Shown here: positions 1-23,094 of the stretch, piece after piece
Layout of the letters: each line of letters opens with the position of its first letter
How positions within the stretch are numbered: position 1 is the stretch's first letter
Source: Macrostomum lignano
Lineage: Eukaryota
Length of the DNA stretch: 63,275 nt
Assembly: GCA_002269645.1 (NCBI GenBank)
Contig: NIVC01002747.1
Location: 1-63,275, forward strand
Direction of reading: 5' to 3'
Notes under the pieces: generated by a model
What the model was told of the DNA's origin: nothing
Databases searched by the model: none
The model's input: the letters and a program-made list of their open reading frames with translations, nothing else
Made by a program: the position numbers and the translations under genes

Positions 1-245
1 ACAATCGCATTCCGGGCCCTTGCAATCCGCTGCCCCTCGAAGCGAGAAGGTGCAGTAGATGGTTCCTGCACATCATCGCCAGTCGCGTGGCCTCATCTGT
101 CGGGGCTCTTCGTCTGCTGGTCGGGTGTCCAGATTTGGCTGCTTGACAATAGAAGTCGAATGCGTCCAGCCATCTGACCGCCATGGGACCGCCGGTGTTT
201 CCGCTTGCTAGCAGAAATGGTGCAGGTGGCTAACACTGAGGCCAT
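1..245 (-). mobile_element. Ty3/Gypsy-like gag N-terminus, degenerate, runs off the window start
   Basis: Minus-strand translation 229->1 gives PPAPFLLASGNTGGPMAVRWLDAFDFYCQAA...LLHLLASRG, matching the Gypsy gag N-terminal pattern PPxPF..W..W...F..Y..A..LLH.LG. The ATG at 245 is one frameshift upstream and lies just after the PBS. Confidence 0.65.
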
Positions 246-255
246 CTTCTCGTCG

Positions 256-268
256 ATCCTCGTCGCCA
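256..268 (-). promoter_or_regulatory. Primer-binding site complementary to the 3' end of tRNA-Ser(GCT)
   Basis: The minus strand reads ...ACAACA-AC-TGGCGACGAGGAT. The plus strand ATCCTCGTCGCCA matches the metazoan tRNA-Ser(GCT) 3' end plus CCA as I recall it. It lies 2 nt from an LTR-type CA end. Confidence 0.75.
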
Positions 269-270
269 GT

Positions 271-1144
271 TGTTGTGTACCAAGACTTGAGGTTTTCCAT
301 TTGTAGTTGCAAAGTATATTGCCAAGTGCGCACAGTTGCTTTATTTATATTTTAGTCACACTAGAAAAACTACACGATCGATAAATAATGAGCCAGAGAT
401 GTCACGTGATCTCATACTGATGTGTTCCTTATTACCGACTTTGAGAATCAAGGAACAATCACTTCTAGCTCAACAGCTAGGCAACCCAGTTAGTCAAACG
501 AAGGTATTCAATTACCTTTAATCTGGATTAGAATTTCTTGAGTAGTTCTCGCTAGGAACTCGTCAGTAGATCTCGTGTAGATCTAGTCACTGTCTTGGAT
601 CCGCTTCTCTGGTCCTGATTCTTCTTTTGCTTCCAACGAAATTACTTCCGGCCGGTATTTGCAGTCAGGACCAATCAGAGGCCTCGTATCAACAATGGGT
701 ACCCTGCGCCGAACAGCGGTTTTGAATTAAGCCTCCTTCTTCTAGCAGTGCCTTTATGCACTCTAGGTATGGCTCCGGAAACCACTGATAGTCCTTTAAG
801 ATCTATCAGGGGCAGTCCTTCTGGAGACTGCAACCAATGGAGTCTAAACAGACTCAAGAGTCTCAACAGACCCAAATAGACTCAAGTTTCAATAGACTTG
901 AGCGAGACGTCTCTAACACAACAGGCGCAAATAAGGAAGGCTTACCGCAACAACTCGACGAGTCTTCTGTAGGAAGTCCTGTAGTGGCTTCCTCTTCGGA
1001 GCTCTTCTCCTTCCGGAGGAATTGTGGCTCCGGGTCCGTTCCGGACCACTTGTATTTATAGGCGTTCAGACCTCTCTCGAGGTCGTACATCACTGTCTTC
1101 GCAAATGTCAAAGGGTCACGATTCGGTGGCTGTCAAGCATGACA
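271..1144 (-). mobile_element. Putative 5' LTR of the Gypsy element (far boundary uncertain)
   Basis: On the minus strand it ends in ...CAACA next to the PBS, with AATAAA at 340-345. There is a candidate TGTCATG start at 1144 and a TATA-like CCTATAAATA at 1053-1062. No second LTR or TSD is available to confirm it. Confidence 0.4.
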
Positions 1145-2598
1145 GGGTAGAAAGTTGCGCAACTAGTCTACTTAAAAGCGCATGATTGGTTACCGTAGCT
1201 GGTAGACTTTGATTGGTTCATCCGGGTGCAACCCGAGTGCAAACCAAATGATGACTTGAAGGTGGGGTTTGAATTGACAGTTGTTGGTCGCACGTGATTG
1301 GGTGATTTCTAAATTTAGCATGCTCGAGATTTCTCTCTTTCTATTGGTTAATTCGAATATATGTATGGTTCAGCGCATATCCTTATACATGCTCCACAAA
1401 TTACTACTATTTAAGTAGTACGTTAACAATTTTAAATAACTTTTCTGGGAGATATAATACTCTACAATACTACATTATACAGATAATTTATCAACTCTAC
1501 TTAAAGTGGCTGAGGAGCAGAGACTGGAAGAGATAATTACATCCGTTGTCCGGAGGGAACAAAGAAGAAGCGTCAATGGATGGTCAATGCCTTTCGAGCC
1601 TGGCACGACAAGAAGAAGGAGCAGTGGGCATATTCTGCTTCTACGTTGAAGGCCTTTTTCAGTGTGTTGCAGTAATTAAACTCATTGACTCATCAGTTAA
1701 ACAGCAAAGGCCGATACGAGCTAAACGGTACGAGCGCACTATAAAGGGGTCGTCACATCGAAATGCACATTTTATAAGTTTGTGTGTTTTGAATACCAAT
1801 TTTTATTCACCAAGCGAAAAAAATTTGTGTATCCTGCAAAAAACGATGCTTTTACGTGCATCTGAATGCGAAGGCAAATTATAATTTAAAATATCCAGCC
1901 CCACCAAATACAATGTATTAATAATTTACGCCATTTTGTGTCTTTTTACAAAATGTAGTCTGTGATTGAGTATGGGACTTAAGGGATTAGGACTCATGCC
2001 AGTGCTTCCAGAGGTTCATGAAAAACTAGCAGCAAAAGCTTTGGGGTTGTGATAGGGGCCTCGCGGCCTATTCGCGGGCGCCTGCGCCCCCGTCAGTAGT
2101 AAGCAAGTAAGTAGCAGCAAAAGCGGCTTAAATGACTCTAGATACGAGCGTATCTACTATTCGTAAGTCGGCTGTTCGAAAAATCTGAAATCTATTGTCG
2201 CACTGATTTTTAACTGCTATAAATTAACTGGTATTAACTGGTGAATTTTATACTGGAAATCAATCCTAAGTTTTATTACTTTACTGAAGCTTGCACGCAA
2301 TTAGAAAATAAAAATTCCTGTGGCGTTTTGGAGCTGGAGAACATGGCCACGCACTCGGGTGCATGCGCCAGATAAAACGAGTAAATTGATAAGCAAGTTA
2401 AAATTTTAAGTAAAAAGATTATTCTGCTTGAATTTTTGTCCATAGAAGGGAAAAATCTTAATGAATCTTGATTAAATTGAAATTTTTGGGTTTCACACAC
2501 AAATACATGTAAAACTTAACACTTCAGTTATCAATTCAATCAATTAGTTCAATCATAAATTTAATCAATTATCAAATTACCCAAACGGCCCCCTCCAA

Positions 2599-3858
2599 TT
2601 ACCCTTCCAATAACTCGGCAAGATCAGCAGCGCCCAGGCTCTTCAGTATGTCCCAGGCCACCAGACGACAAGAGCTGCAGTAGTTCTGACTCACAAGCAA
2701 CACGGTGCTTACGGTTGGAAGCTGGGGCAGGTCAGGCCAGTGAGTCCGCAATTGCAATAAGAACTCGTCTGTAAGTCCTTTCTGCTGCAGTCCATCCTGC
2801 AGTTTTTGAAGGTTCTCTGGTGGCAGGTCATTAATTGGTTCCAGCAGCTTGCAATGCCTGCCAAGCAAGGATCTGGCTGAGTCACTGAGCGTCACCTGAA
2901 GCCACAGGTCAATGTGATCATTCAGGTCGATGCCGACCAGGCCTTGTTGCAGCAGAAAGCGGCAGGCGTCCACCGCATTTACTCTGGCGGCCATCGCAAG
3001 GCGGTCGCCAGTGGTTTGGCGGACATCCCAATCGAACCGCAGGAGGTTTTGCTGGGCGAACTGGTGCACAGCCTTCTGCATGCTGACTCGATTTTCGCGG
3101 GCCATGTAATGTAGCGGCGTGCAACCGTCGCAGTCGCTGGTGCACAGAGCCGCAGTGACGCATTTTGGCGCAAGCTGCTGACTTTTCAGCAGATCGCTTA
3201 GCGAAGCAAGGATCTTATGAAGGATTGTGTCACTGGAACCGAGGGCGCACATGTGTAGTACATTTCTACCGCTCGCATTGTAGTGCATGCAAGCAAAACT
3301 GCCGCAACCCAGGTTGATGAGTTTTTCCACGACGTTCTCTCCCCCGCCAGTCACCGCCAGCATCAGGGCATCATCCCCAGTGGCTGTGCGATGCTGCAGG
3401 GCCCTGGGATTCTTGCGAGCGGCCAAATCCAGCAGGTGCGTGGCTGCTGTCCACTTTTTCTGTGATAGTGCCGACTCAATAGGACTGTAGCCCTGTTTGT
3501 TTGATGTGCTGAGAACTTCTAGAGTCTGTTCAAACAACTTTTGTAACACTAGGGCCGAATCAGCATCAAGAGTGCTGTAATTAAAGTAGGCACTCTTTAC
3601 TGCCATGTAGTAACGCCTCATCGCCTCTAGGTGTTGCCTGGTCACTACGACGGTGTCGCTGCACTTTTCCAAGTCCGGAGCTATTATGGGGTCTACCTGC
3701 TGCCTCTCAGTTTTCCCCTCAGTCTGTGCACCAATATTCTCAAGACTATCTGGCTGTTTTCTGATGTCACAGTCTGAAGGAGGCATGTGGCCTTGCAGAG
3801 CAATGTTCTCAGTCCGGGCAATTACAGAATCAGTCTCGTACTCGTTCTCATCGGCCAT
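2599..3858 (-). CDS. Intronless ankyrin-repeat protein with a C-terminal death-domain-like helical region (about 419 aa)
   Basis: Uninterrupted ORF with ATG at 3858 (MADENEYE). Ankyrin motifs GDDALMLAV, GRNVLHMCA, GCTPLHYMA and RLAMAARVN. The C-terminus ...AWDILKSLGAADLAELLE resembles the last helices of a death domain. Confidence 0.8.
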   Translation of the reverse strand: MADENEYETDSVIARTENIALQGHMPPSDCDIRKQPDSLENIGAQTEGKTERQQVDPIIAPDLEKCSDTVVVTRQHLEAMRRYYMAVKSAYFNYSTLDADSALVLQKLFEQTLEVLSTSNKQGYSPIESALSQKKWTAATHLLDLAARKNPRALQHRTATGDDALMLAVTGGGENVVEKLINLGCGSFACMHYNASGRNVLHMCALGSSDTILHKILASLSDLLKSQQLAPKCVTAALCTSDCDGCTPLHYMARENRVSMQKAVHQFAQQNLLRFDWDVRQTTGDRLAMAARVNAVDACRFLLQQGLVGIDLNDHIDLWLQVTLSDSARSLLGRHCKLLEPINDLPPENLQKLQDGLQQKGLTDEFLLQLRTHWPDLPQLPTVSTVLLVSQNYCSSCRLVAWDILKSLGAADLAELLEG

Positions 3859-4498
3859 TTCAAAATCTGAAAATTTTATGCGAGGCGTTGTTAACACTTA
3901 AAGGGGTTTGTCTCCACAAGTGCATTTTTTGCCCTTCTAATTTGGAAATCACAAGGGTATACATCACGTGCACTGTTTTAATCGAATCGTGTTTTGCATG
4001 CTTTTAGGAACACAACTGGTTGCAGAGAGCAATGTTTTGTAGAAATGATCGAGGATATCTTCAGCATAGCTCATACATGTACGTGAACTACGAGTATAGT
4101 GCAAGCATTACAATAAATTCCAAAAGATCAAATGTTAAATGAAAAGATCATACATGTGCGTACATGTAGCTCGTAGCGATCTCGACAGTGCGAAATGCCG
4201 AAATAGCGAGATTCGGATCCATTTGCAGCCTTAGAACGCTAAGACCACATCTATCTACACAAGCCCTATCAACTCAAAAAGTCCCTAGGACTTTAAATAG
4301 TACGAGCTAATAGTAATCCTACGACATGTAAACTTGCAAATTGTTACACTCATATATTGAAATCTATAAATACCTTAGCGGAACGGCCGGAGGGAGAGAG
4401 CAAAGGCAACGATTGAAGAGCACGAGAAAAACATCCCAAAAACCCGAACAAAGGGATTAAAAAGTAGGGTACACGGCAACGGGAGAGTCAGGCGAGCG

Positions 4499-5460
4499 CT
4501 AGAGAGGTGCCGACAGCACCTGGTTGACAATTGGGCGCAGGAGGCGGAAGTAACCCCCCGACTGCGGCAGGTAACGTGAAACGGCGCCGCTGCGCCAGCC
4601 GCCCAGCCGCTTGATCTGCTCCACGTTGAGGCCGCTGTCGAACGCCAGACAGGCGCCACCCCGCCGTAGAGAGTGGCCCGAGAAAGCTGTCGCCGCCCAA
4701 CCCGCATCTGCCAGAGCCCGAGCGAGGCGGCGGTCGAATTGACGCGATGTAAACGGGCACCAGCTTCCGGCGATGTGGACACAAAACAGCCGAGTGAGCG
4801 CCGGCGCAGACCGCAGCTTGTTAGCCTGAAAATGCCGCCGTAAGGCTTGGACAGGACAAAGTGGGTGGCTTCCGAGCGCTGGCAGCACCGCCTCCTGGTA
4901 GTCTTGTCCGCATTGGTTGGTCTTCGACTGTCGAACTCGGAGTCTCCAGCACTGACTATCGGCCTGAGTGTCGCCGACGAGAATGGAGTGGCGCCCGCAG
5001 ACATTTGCTTTCCTGAGAAGCGCCCAGAAGCAGCAGAGCACGGCGGCCCAAAAGGCGGCGTTTGCAGGGTCTCTTGGGTTCACCTGGTTTGCCAGTGAAA
5101 GCAGAACAGCCGGGTGATGGGGTCTTTCTGCTTGACTGAATGGCCGCTTGTCCGTTTGGCGCTCTTAACTGCCAGATCGATCAGGCCGGACTTGGTGATG
5201 TCGGGGAGTTGCGCCAGCTTGAAGCTCCAGCTGATGGCCGCCAGGTGTCCACCGAGGCTACCGGGTGCCACGCCGCGCTTAGCCAGGCGTCGCACGTACT
5301 CGACCAGGTGCACCGGGGACGCCGCTAGTGGCTGAACACCCTCGAGGTCGCAGAAGCGCTGCCACTGTTTGAGGTTTGAAGCGTACGATGCCCTCGTACT
5401 AGGAGCCCAGGCGTCGGCGAGGAAGCGAAGGAGCGGCCCGGGTAGGCGGGAGGCAGGAGG
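4499..5460 (-). pseudogene. Tyrosine recombinase of the DIRS-like element (frameshift near 5095)
   Basis: AWAPSTRASYASNLKQWQRFC N-terminal domain, then FWALLRKANV (catalytic R), FSGHSLRRGGA (HxxR) and GGWRSGAVSRY (W...Y). Confidence 0.9.
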
Positions 5461-7010
5461 CGCCGGACCTGCAAAAGCAAAAGGGAGGCGGAGGCAGGGC
5501 AGAGCGCGTGGCGCGAGATGCAGCAGGAGTCAGCAGCCAAATCATGCAGGCTGCGGTAGAAGCGGAGAAAATATTCTGCGCCCCGCTTCTAGAAGCAAGG
5601 CGAGAGGCCGGGTCCGCCAGGACCTGGAAGGCGCCTGGAATGTGAAAGGCCCGCAGCCGCAGACCCCACGCGTCGCAGGCAAGCGACAGCGTGTGCAGGA
5701 GCCGGTTGACGTCGTTACATGGCGAGCTGAGCTTGTTCAGCGCACCGACAGCCGCCGAGCTGTCGCTGTACACGGCGATGTCCGCACCGGCGAAGCGGCC
5801 CGGGGCCGCGAGGATGCTGAGAACAGGCGTGATGGTCTCCTTAATGTTGATATGGGCTGATGCAAAACGGCCACCAGCGTCAATCTTCCAGTTGATGTAG
5901 AGCCAGTCGGACTTATTGGCCTCCCGAACAATGCAGGCACCACCAGAGTTGCAGGCGTCTGTCTCGATGACGATCTTTCGAGCGTAGCGAGGCCAGATGG
6001 GCGCGCAGCCAACGGACTGAAGACTTCTCCTCCACCAGTGCAGCAACTCGGTGAGGTGCGGGGTCAGCCGCAGTTTGTCACCAGGTCTAGTCGCCCGGCT
6101 CGCCAGCATCAGTAGAGGGCGGATGGAAGCTCGGCCTTTCCTGGTCACGCTGCTCACACAGGAAAGCTTGCCGCAGATCCACTAAAGGTCGCGCTTGCTG
6201 ATCGCACCGCGTCGATGCAAGCAGCTCCCAAGTGCGTCTTCGAGTGCACTGAGCTTGGCTGGTGGGATGCTCAGCATCCCCGACTCTGTGTCAATCAGGA
6301 CGCCCAGGAAAACTGTGCGCCGCGACGGCCCGCTAGACTTTTTTTCGTTGATGGTGAAACCGAGGCTCGTCGCCAGGCTCCTCGTCGCCAGGCTCTCGTA
6401 AGCCTCGACACAGGCCTCGTAGGTGCTCCCAGCCACAGCGAAGTCGTCAAGGTAGCCAACGCAGGTGAACCCGCGCCGTTGCATCATGCGCACCACCGCC
6501 TTAGACAGCCTGTTGAAATGGTACACCGAGGCCGCAGCGCCGCAGCGCCGGTAGGCAGGCTCGCTGTCGCCGCTAAATTGCCTTTGATGCCCAGAGCGTC
6601 GAGAGAAGAAGGATGAACACCTACTGAGCGATACGCCTCCTTGAGATCGATCTTGGCCGTGAAGTCACCGGGCTTGAGTTGTGAGCAGAGGCCGCTAACC
6701 GTCTCAAACTTAATCTTGTGGTCTGCGATAAAGTGGTCGTTGACCGCACAGCCTTCCGGACGACTGCAGTCGTGGATGATACGGACTCCACCGTCCTCTT
6801 TCGGGATGGCACCAAGTGCGGAGATCTTGCACGGACGTCGGCTGACTGACACATACCGCCCGCTGGCGATCTCACGCTGCAATTGCTCTTCGACCAACGT
6901 CTTGTACTCAATGGCGGACGAGTAGTTCTCAACTTCGGAAGGCTTAAAATCTGTTTCAGTAGTGAGCGTGAAGCCGTTTTGGACTCCGTCAATTAAAAAA
7001 GGCCAGTCGT
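5399..7010 (-). pseudogene. Reverse transcriptase plus RNase H of the DIRS-like element, frameshifted
   Basis: DWPFLIDGVQNGF, VRIIHDCSRP, KIDLKEAYR and GYLDDF (RT); IETDAC, HINIKE, YSDSS and HIPG...LADPASR (RNase H). Confidence 0.9.
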
Positions 7011-7951
7011 GGAATTAAAACTTGTGGCTGCCAGCTTGCCGAGGCCACTGGAGCCGCGGCTATTCGTTTTTTGCCGCGTGTTGCGTTTCGCCGTGGTCCG
7101 AGCGCAAGCAGACCCGGCAAGCATGAGTGTTGAGGCAGACGGGCGCTCCTTGAACCATAGGAATCTTCGATGAGGTGCGATGAGGTGCCGTGCCACCAGC
7201 GAGAAACTCGGTCGCGCCCAGTCTTGCATGCCCGCCTGCTGCTCGCTTCTGAATGCGTCGTCGAACCGCATGATCCTGGTGGTGTCGTAACCTGCCTCGA
7301 CCAGCTCGCCGATCTGCACATTGTACTGCAAGTACTGCCGAACGCCTTCGAGGTCAAGCTGTCCCCTAGAGATCAGGGCGTCGAGGATGCGAGCGTTGCC
7401 GACTATCCACTGACCGATTCCCAGCGATTCGGGTTTAGGCTGATTGGCGGTTGGATGCAGCACCTTTTCACTACGACTCGTCGACGCCGTCGGAGGGTCG
7501 CAACCGTAGAAGTCCGCAACAACGAGTGGTGCCGCCCGTAGCCCTAGTTGAGCTACTGAGGACCTCTGAGCATACTCGGGATATTCATGTCGCTACTACA
7601 ATCAGAGGGCTCATTAAGAAGCTGTTGGTTCGTCTCACCTGGTCTAAATCGGCCTTCCAGCTGCTGGCGCATTGCTGCCGTCTCCGATTCCAGGCTAGCT
7701 ATCTTCCGCCGGAGCTCTGCTAGGTCCAGCGCCTCCCCTGCCTCCAGCCGTTGTTGCTGCTGCTGCCGCCGCCCTTCGCTGTCGGTCTCCGCGGAGTTTG
7801 ACGCCACTTGCTCCCGCCGACTAGCTGCTTCGCTCTGGCTCATCGCAGTGGAGAGTCTGCTGACCAGGTCTTTCTTGTAGCCGTGCGTGCTCAGGCCCCT
7901 ATCACTCAATTCTTCACGTAGCTGATTTACAGTCATCCTACGCAAACTCAT
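6993..7951 (-). pseudogene. Gag-like ORF1 of the DIRS-like element with an N-terminal SAP domain (frameshift near 7555)
   Basis: MSLRRMTVNQLREELSDRGLSTHGYKKDLVSRL fits the SAP consensus. A coiled-coil follows, then KPESLGIGQWIVGNARIL...YL.Y...I..L...FDDAFR..Q, typical of DIRS gag cores. Confidence 0.7.
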
Positions 7952-9022
7952 AGTACCCAGAGTAAGTTGAATAAGTTGGGCTAGCCAAAAATCGCTAAAA
8001 AAACGCACGCAAGCTGGCGAGGAGAGATGGGCTGAGGCGGGCACAACGCACGGGGCTAAAAAGGCCCCACAGACACCCACCCCTGGGCCAAGCACCCCCA
8101 AACACGGGCGACGACAAGCCCCCCGGCCCCGCTAACAGCGATTGGCCAGCCAATCTACACTTGGTTATAGCAGTAGAAGCTGTATTTCCTCCCGGATAAG
8201 CTAGCAACGGTTCAGAACTCAATAAGGACACTAGATGCGAGCTAAGCAAGCACTCTTTCTGGCTGCATACCTCAGTTTCACAAGACAACAAGTCCTTCGA
8301 CATGTTCTTCATCATCGAGTTAAAGAAAAACCTGACAACGCCGCCCTTGGTGCAGTGGCCTTGAGAACAGATTATAGGGATTAGAAATTAGCAAATAATA
8401 ATCATTAAAAGGTCGTCAAAGGTAAAGCGAAAGCTAAAAGACTGGAAACAGAACTTAGAGATAAGACAGCTAAGTAAAAGAAATTAAAAGAACAGCTAGA
8501 AAGTGAATAAATTAAAGATATGATAAGAAGTTAACTGTCACCTTTCCCCAAGATTTCAGACCAAGCGAGATGACCTGAACGTCAGCCGAGGTACCAGGCA
8601 GAGTCAGGCTTTTTCGCACAAGTGATGAAAAACAGCGGTCGCACTTTCTCTATTACCGCCATACAAAGTGGCCTATCCAGAGAATAATTAAGTACAGAAA
8701 ACTCAAAATCAACATTTTAGTTTCTTAGACTTTTGCCAATGCATTTCGACCACAATCGGTCATCTTCAGGGCAGACACATCAATTAATCACGCAGAACCT
8801 TGTTAATAATATTTTTATTTTAAGAAATGAAAACTGAACAACGCCAAGTGCAAATCAATTTCGGTCCAGTCCGGTTAACAAGAGAAAAAAACCTGGATAA
8901 AGTTCAACGAGACTGCCAACCTAGCTAAAACACATCGAGCTGGCGGCTTGCACCCCATGGCTGACTGGCTGTTTAATTTTGGTTTCTATCTAGAGTAATT
9001 CACAATAAGATTTATGGTCCAG

Positions 9023-9540
9023 GGGGGTGTTTCTCGAAACTCACGTAAGTTCTATGGTAAGTTCGATCGTAAGAAAGAAATTTATGTGTAGCGTAAGTTT
9101 GCTCGTAAGACGCTTTCTCAAAACTCACTTAGACTTTGCGTGGCTTACGCTGTTCGTAAGTCGTATCTGAAACGAAAAGTTGCATGTCTATGGTCTGCAA
9201 ATATCTTTCCTTAGTCTATCGTAAGTTGCTTTCGAGAAAGACCCACCTTCGATAAAGTTTAACTTGACTTGGCTTGACTAAAGCTTCACGTACTATGCGA
9301 TTAGTGCTTAAGTGCGTCTTACGACTGATACCGAGCAGTCTAGGGTTAAGATCAACCTTACGAAAGACCATAGACATACGAACGTTTCGAGAAACAGTCT
9401 TTTGCGCAAAGTTGCGAACTCGTAAAGTTGCGATCAATCTTACGCATAGCTAACTTGCGAGCCCTTCGAGCAACCCGTAAGTGTAGCTTACCCAACTTAC
9501 GTCTATAGTCGATGGTAAGTTGCTTTCGAGAAAGACCCCC
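9023..9540. mobile_element. PIF/Harbinger-like MITE
   Basis: TIRs GGGGGTGTTTCTCGAAA and TTTCGAGAAAGACCCCC, flanked by CAG and CAA (near-match 3-bp CWG-type TSD). Many subterminal CGTAAG/CTTACG motifs and an internal copy of the right end at about 9222-9246. Confidence 0.7.
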
Positions 9541-10069
9541 CAAACTAATTAGTCCGGACTTGGGTAGTTCATTCTATGGTCTATGGTCCAGCTACCCTGT
9601 CTCTGCCTATACGAGGGGTATCCAAAAAGTAGTGGGACTTTTCCACGTAGTTCATAGCTAGAGTCAGATGCATAAATGGCGCTGAAATTTCATGAAAGCG
9701 GCTTTATCTATCTATGCAATACATTTTTAATTAGGTTAATAGCTACTGGCATTCAAAAGTTATGGACAGTTTAGTCTGTCTTTTTGTGTTTCTGCATACC
9801 AAATCCAAGTCCAAACTAGCTTTTTATGACCGGACTACCCGACAGAGCTTTCTGCATACGGCCCGAGCCCTCTTGATACAGATAGAGAGTTTTGAAAATT
9901 ACAAAGCGTAAAGTGTGCTATATATGGCTTTTTTGGCTTATGTGCTTTTTATGGCTTTTAAGTAGCCTATAAAAAGCTAGTAACAGCAGGCAGGCGTCTC
10001 TCTAGCCACTAAAGACACAATCGAACCAGCACAGAAGCAGTGCTCGAAGGAAAGAAAATTACTTTCGCC

Positions 10070-18675
<8,606 letters not shown>

Positions 18676-18773
18676 TCTGTCAGGGTGGTGATGATGATGC
18701 GAGCTCCTCTTCGTGCTCACTGCTCACCCGGTCAATTGTCAGTGACCCCGTGGTGGAGGAGACACATTCGGCC

Positions 18774-21717
<2,944 letters not shown>

Positions 21718-22345
21718 CGATCCGCCAGAAAGCGTTCAAGCATCCAACTATAAACACGTGAAGTCAACGCGCAACTTCCTGTGTACCTATGGAGATTGAA
21801 TATGGATATAACGGATTTTTGCTAATAACTATGGGGTTAGGTGGAAAGCGCTTTTATGTTTTGTTCTAGGAAAATTATGTCTATTATTTCATCTTCTGTT
21901 CTATTATTTTGGTTACCACTTTTTGAAGTTAGGATTGAAGGTTCTAGTGGGTATGTTTTGGCGCGGTTTTGAGTTTCGTGTTTTTTGGTGTAGGCTTCCT
22001 CTCCCTCCTCGCGCTCGGCGTGCCTCGTTACCGTGTTTCAGTGCTATCCGACAATATTATTTCCCCTTAGGCTATAGGACCAACCCAAACCCAATTAAAC
22101 ATTAGGTTAGACTTAGTAACTCAACCGCAGACAATGTTGTGTCCTAGTAACTTTAATATATATTATATTATTATGTTGTAGCCTCTGCAGGATCATCTTA
22201 TTGCCAAGTGCTTTAATTGAGTGCTACAGTCAAATAAATAACCTGGAATAATTAACAATAAATTTAATAGTTAAATTGAGTTACAATTATTTTTTGTTTA
22301 TTTTGAACTGCACTGAGTGCTCTGCTACATTGATGGAGGTTAGTG

Positions 22346-23094
22346 TTAGGGTTAGGCAGGGTCAGTATTCCTTGCCGCAAGCAGGCGTCAGAGGGTTAGG
22401 GTTAGGCAGGGTCAGTATTCCTTGCCGAAAGCAGGCGTCAGAGGGTTAGGGTTAGGCAGGGTCAGTATTCCTTGCCGAAAGCAGGCGTCAGAGGGTTAGG
22501 GTTAGGCAGGGTCAGTATTCCTTGCCGAAAGCAGGCGTCAGAGGGTTAGGGTTAGGCAGGGTCAGTATTCCTTGCCGAAAGCAGGCGTCAGAGGGTTAGG
22601 GTTAGGCAGGGTCAGTATTCCTTGCCGAAAGCAGGCGTCAGAGGGTTAGGGTTAGGCAGGGTCAGTATTCCTTGCCGAAAGAAGGCGTCAGAGGGTTAGG
22701 GTTAGGCAGGGTCAGTATTCCTTGCCGCAAGCAGGCGTCAGAGGGTTAGGGTTAGGCAGGGTCAGTATTCCTTGCCGAAAGCAGGCGTCAGAGGGTTAGG
22801 GTTAGGCAGGGTCAGTATTCCTTGCCGAAAGCAGGCGTCAGAGGGTTAGGGTTAGGCAGGGTCAGTATTCCTTGCCGAAAGCAGGCGTCAGAGGGTTAGG
22901 GTTAGGCAGGGTCAGTATTCCTTGCCGAAAGAAGGCGTCAGAGGGTTAGGGTTAGGCAGGGTCAGTATTCCTTGCCGAAAGCACGCGTCAGAGGGTTAGG
23001 GTTAGGCAGGGTCAGTATTCCTTGCCGAAAGCAAGCGTCAGAGGGTTAGGGTTAGGCAGGGTCAGTATTCCTTGCCGAAAGCAGGCGTCAGAGG
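22346..23094. repeat. 50-bp satellite, about 15 near-identical copies, each containing GGGTTAGGGTTAGG
   Basis: Unit GAGGGTTAGGGTTAGGCAGGGTCAGTATTCCTTGCCGAAAGCAGGCGTCA. Confidence 0.97.

Larger units (their letters stand above)
4380..8150 (-). mobile_element. DIRS-order (DIRS/Ngaro-like) tyrosine-recombinase retrotransposon, decayed
   Basis: Collinear gag, RT (YLDD), RNase H and tyrosine recombinase on the minus strand, with several frameshifts and an apparent deletion at the gag/RT junction. Termini are approximate and no terminal repeats were verified. Confidence 0.9.

Noticed and set aside
1160-1420. CCAAT-box-rich promoter
   Set aside because: Several ATTGG words are present but no gene starts nearby in a fitting position. 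It is more likely a dispersed repeat, which I cannot verify.
4375-8150. Split direct or inverted terminal repeats of the DIRS-like element
   Set aside because: Comparing both ends by eye gave no convincing match, so the subgroup is left open.
9608-9890. Complete mariner-like MITE starting TACGAGGGGTATCCAAAAAGT
   Set aside because: Only one convincing end was found; no matching right TIR or TA TSD.
22346-23094. True telomere or hammerhead-ribozyme satellite
   Set aside because: TTAGGG occurs only as a short run within a 50-bp unit, and there is no CUGAUGA core on either strand.
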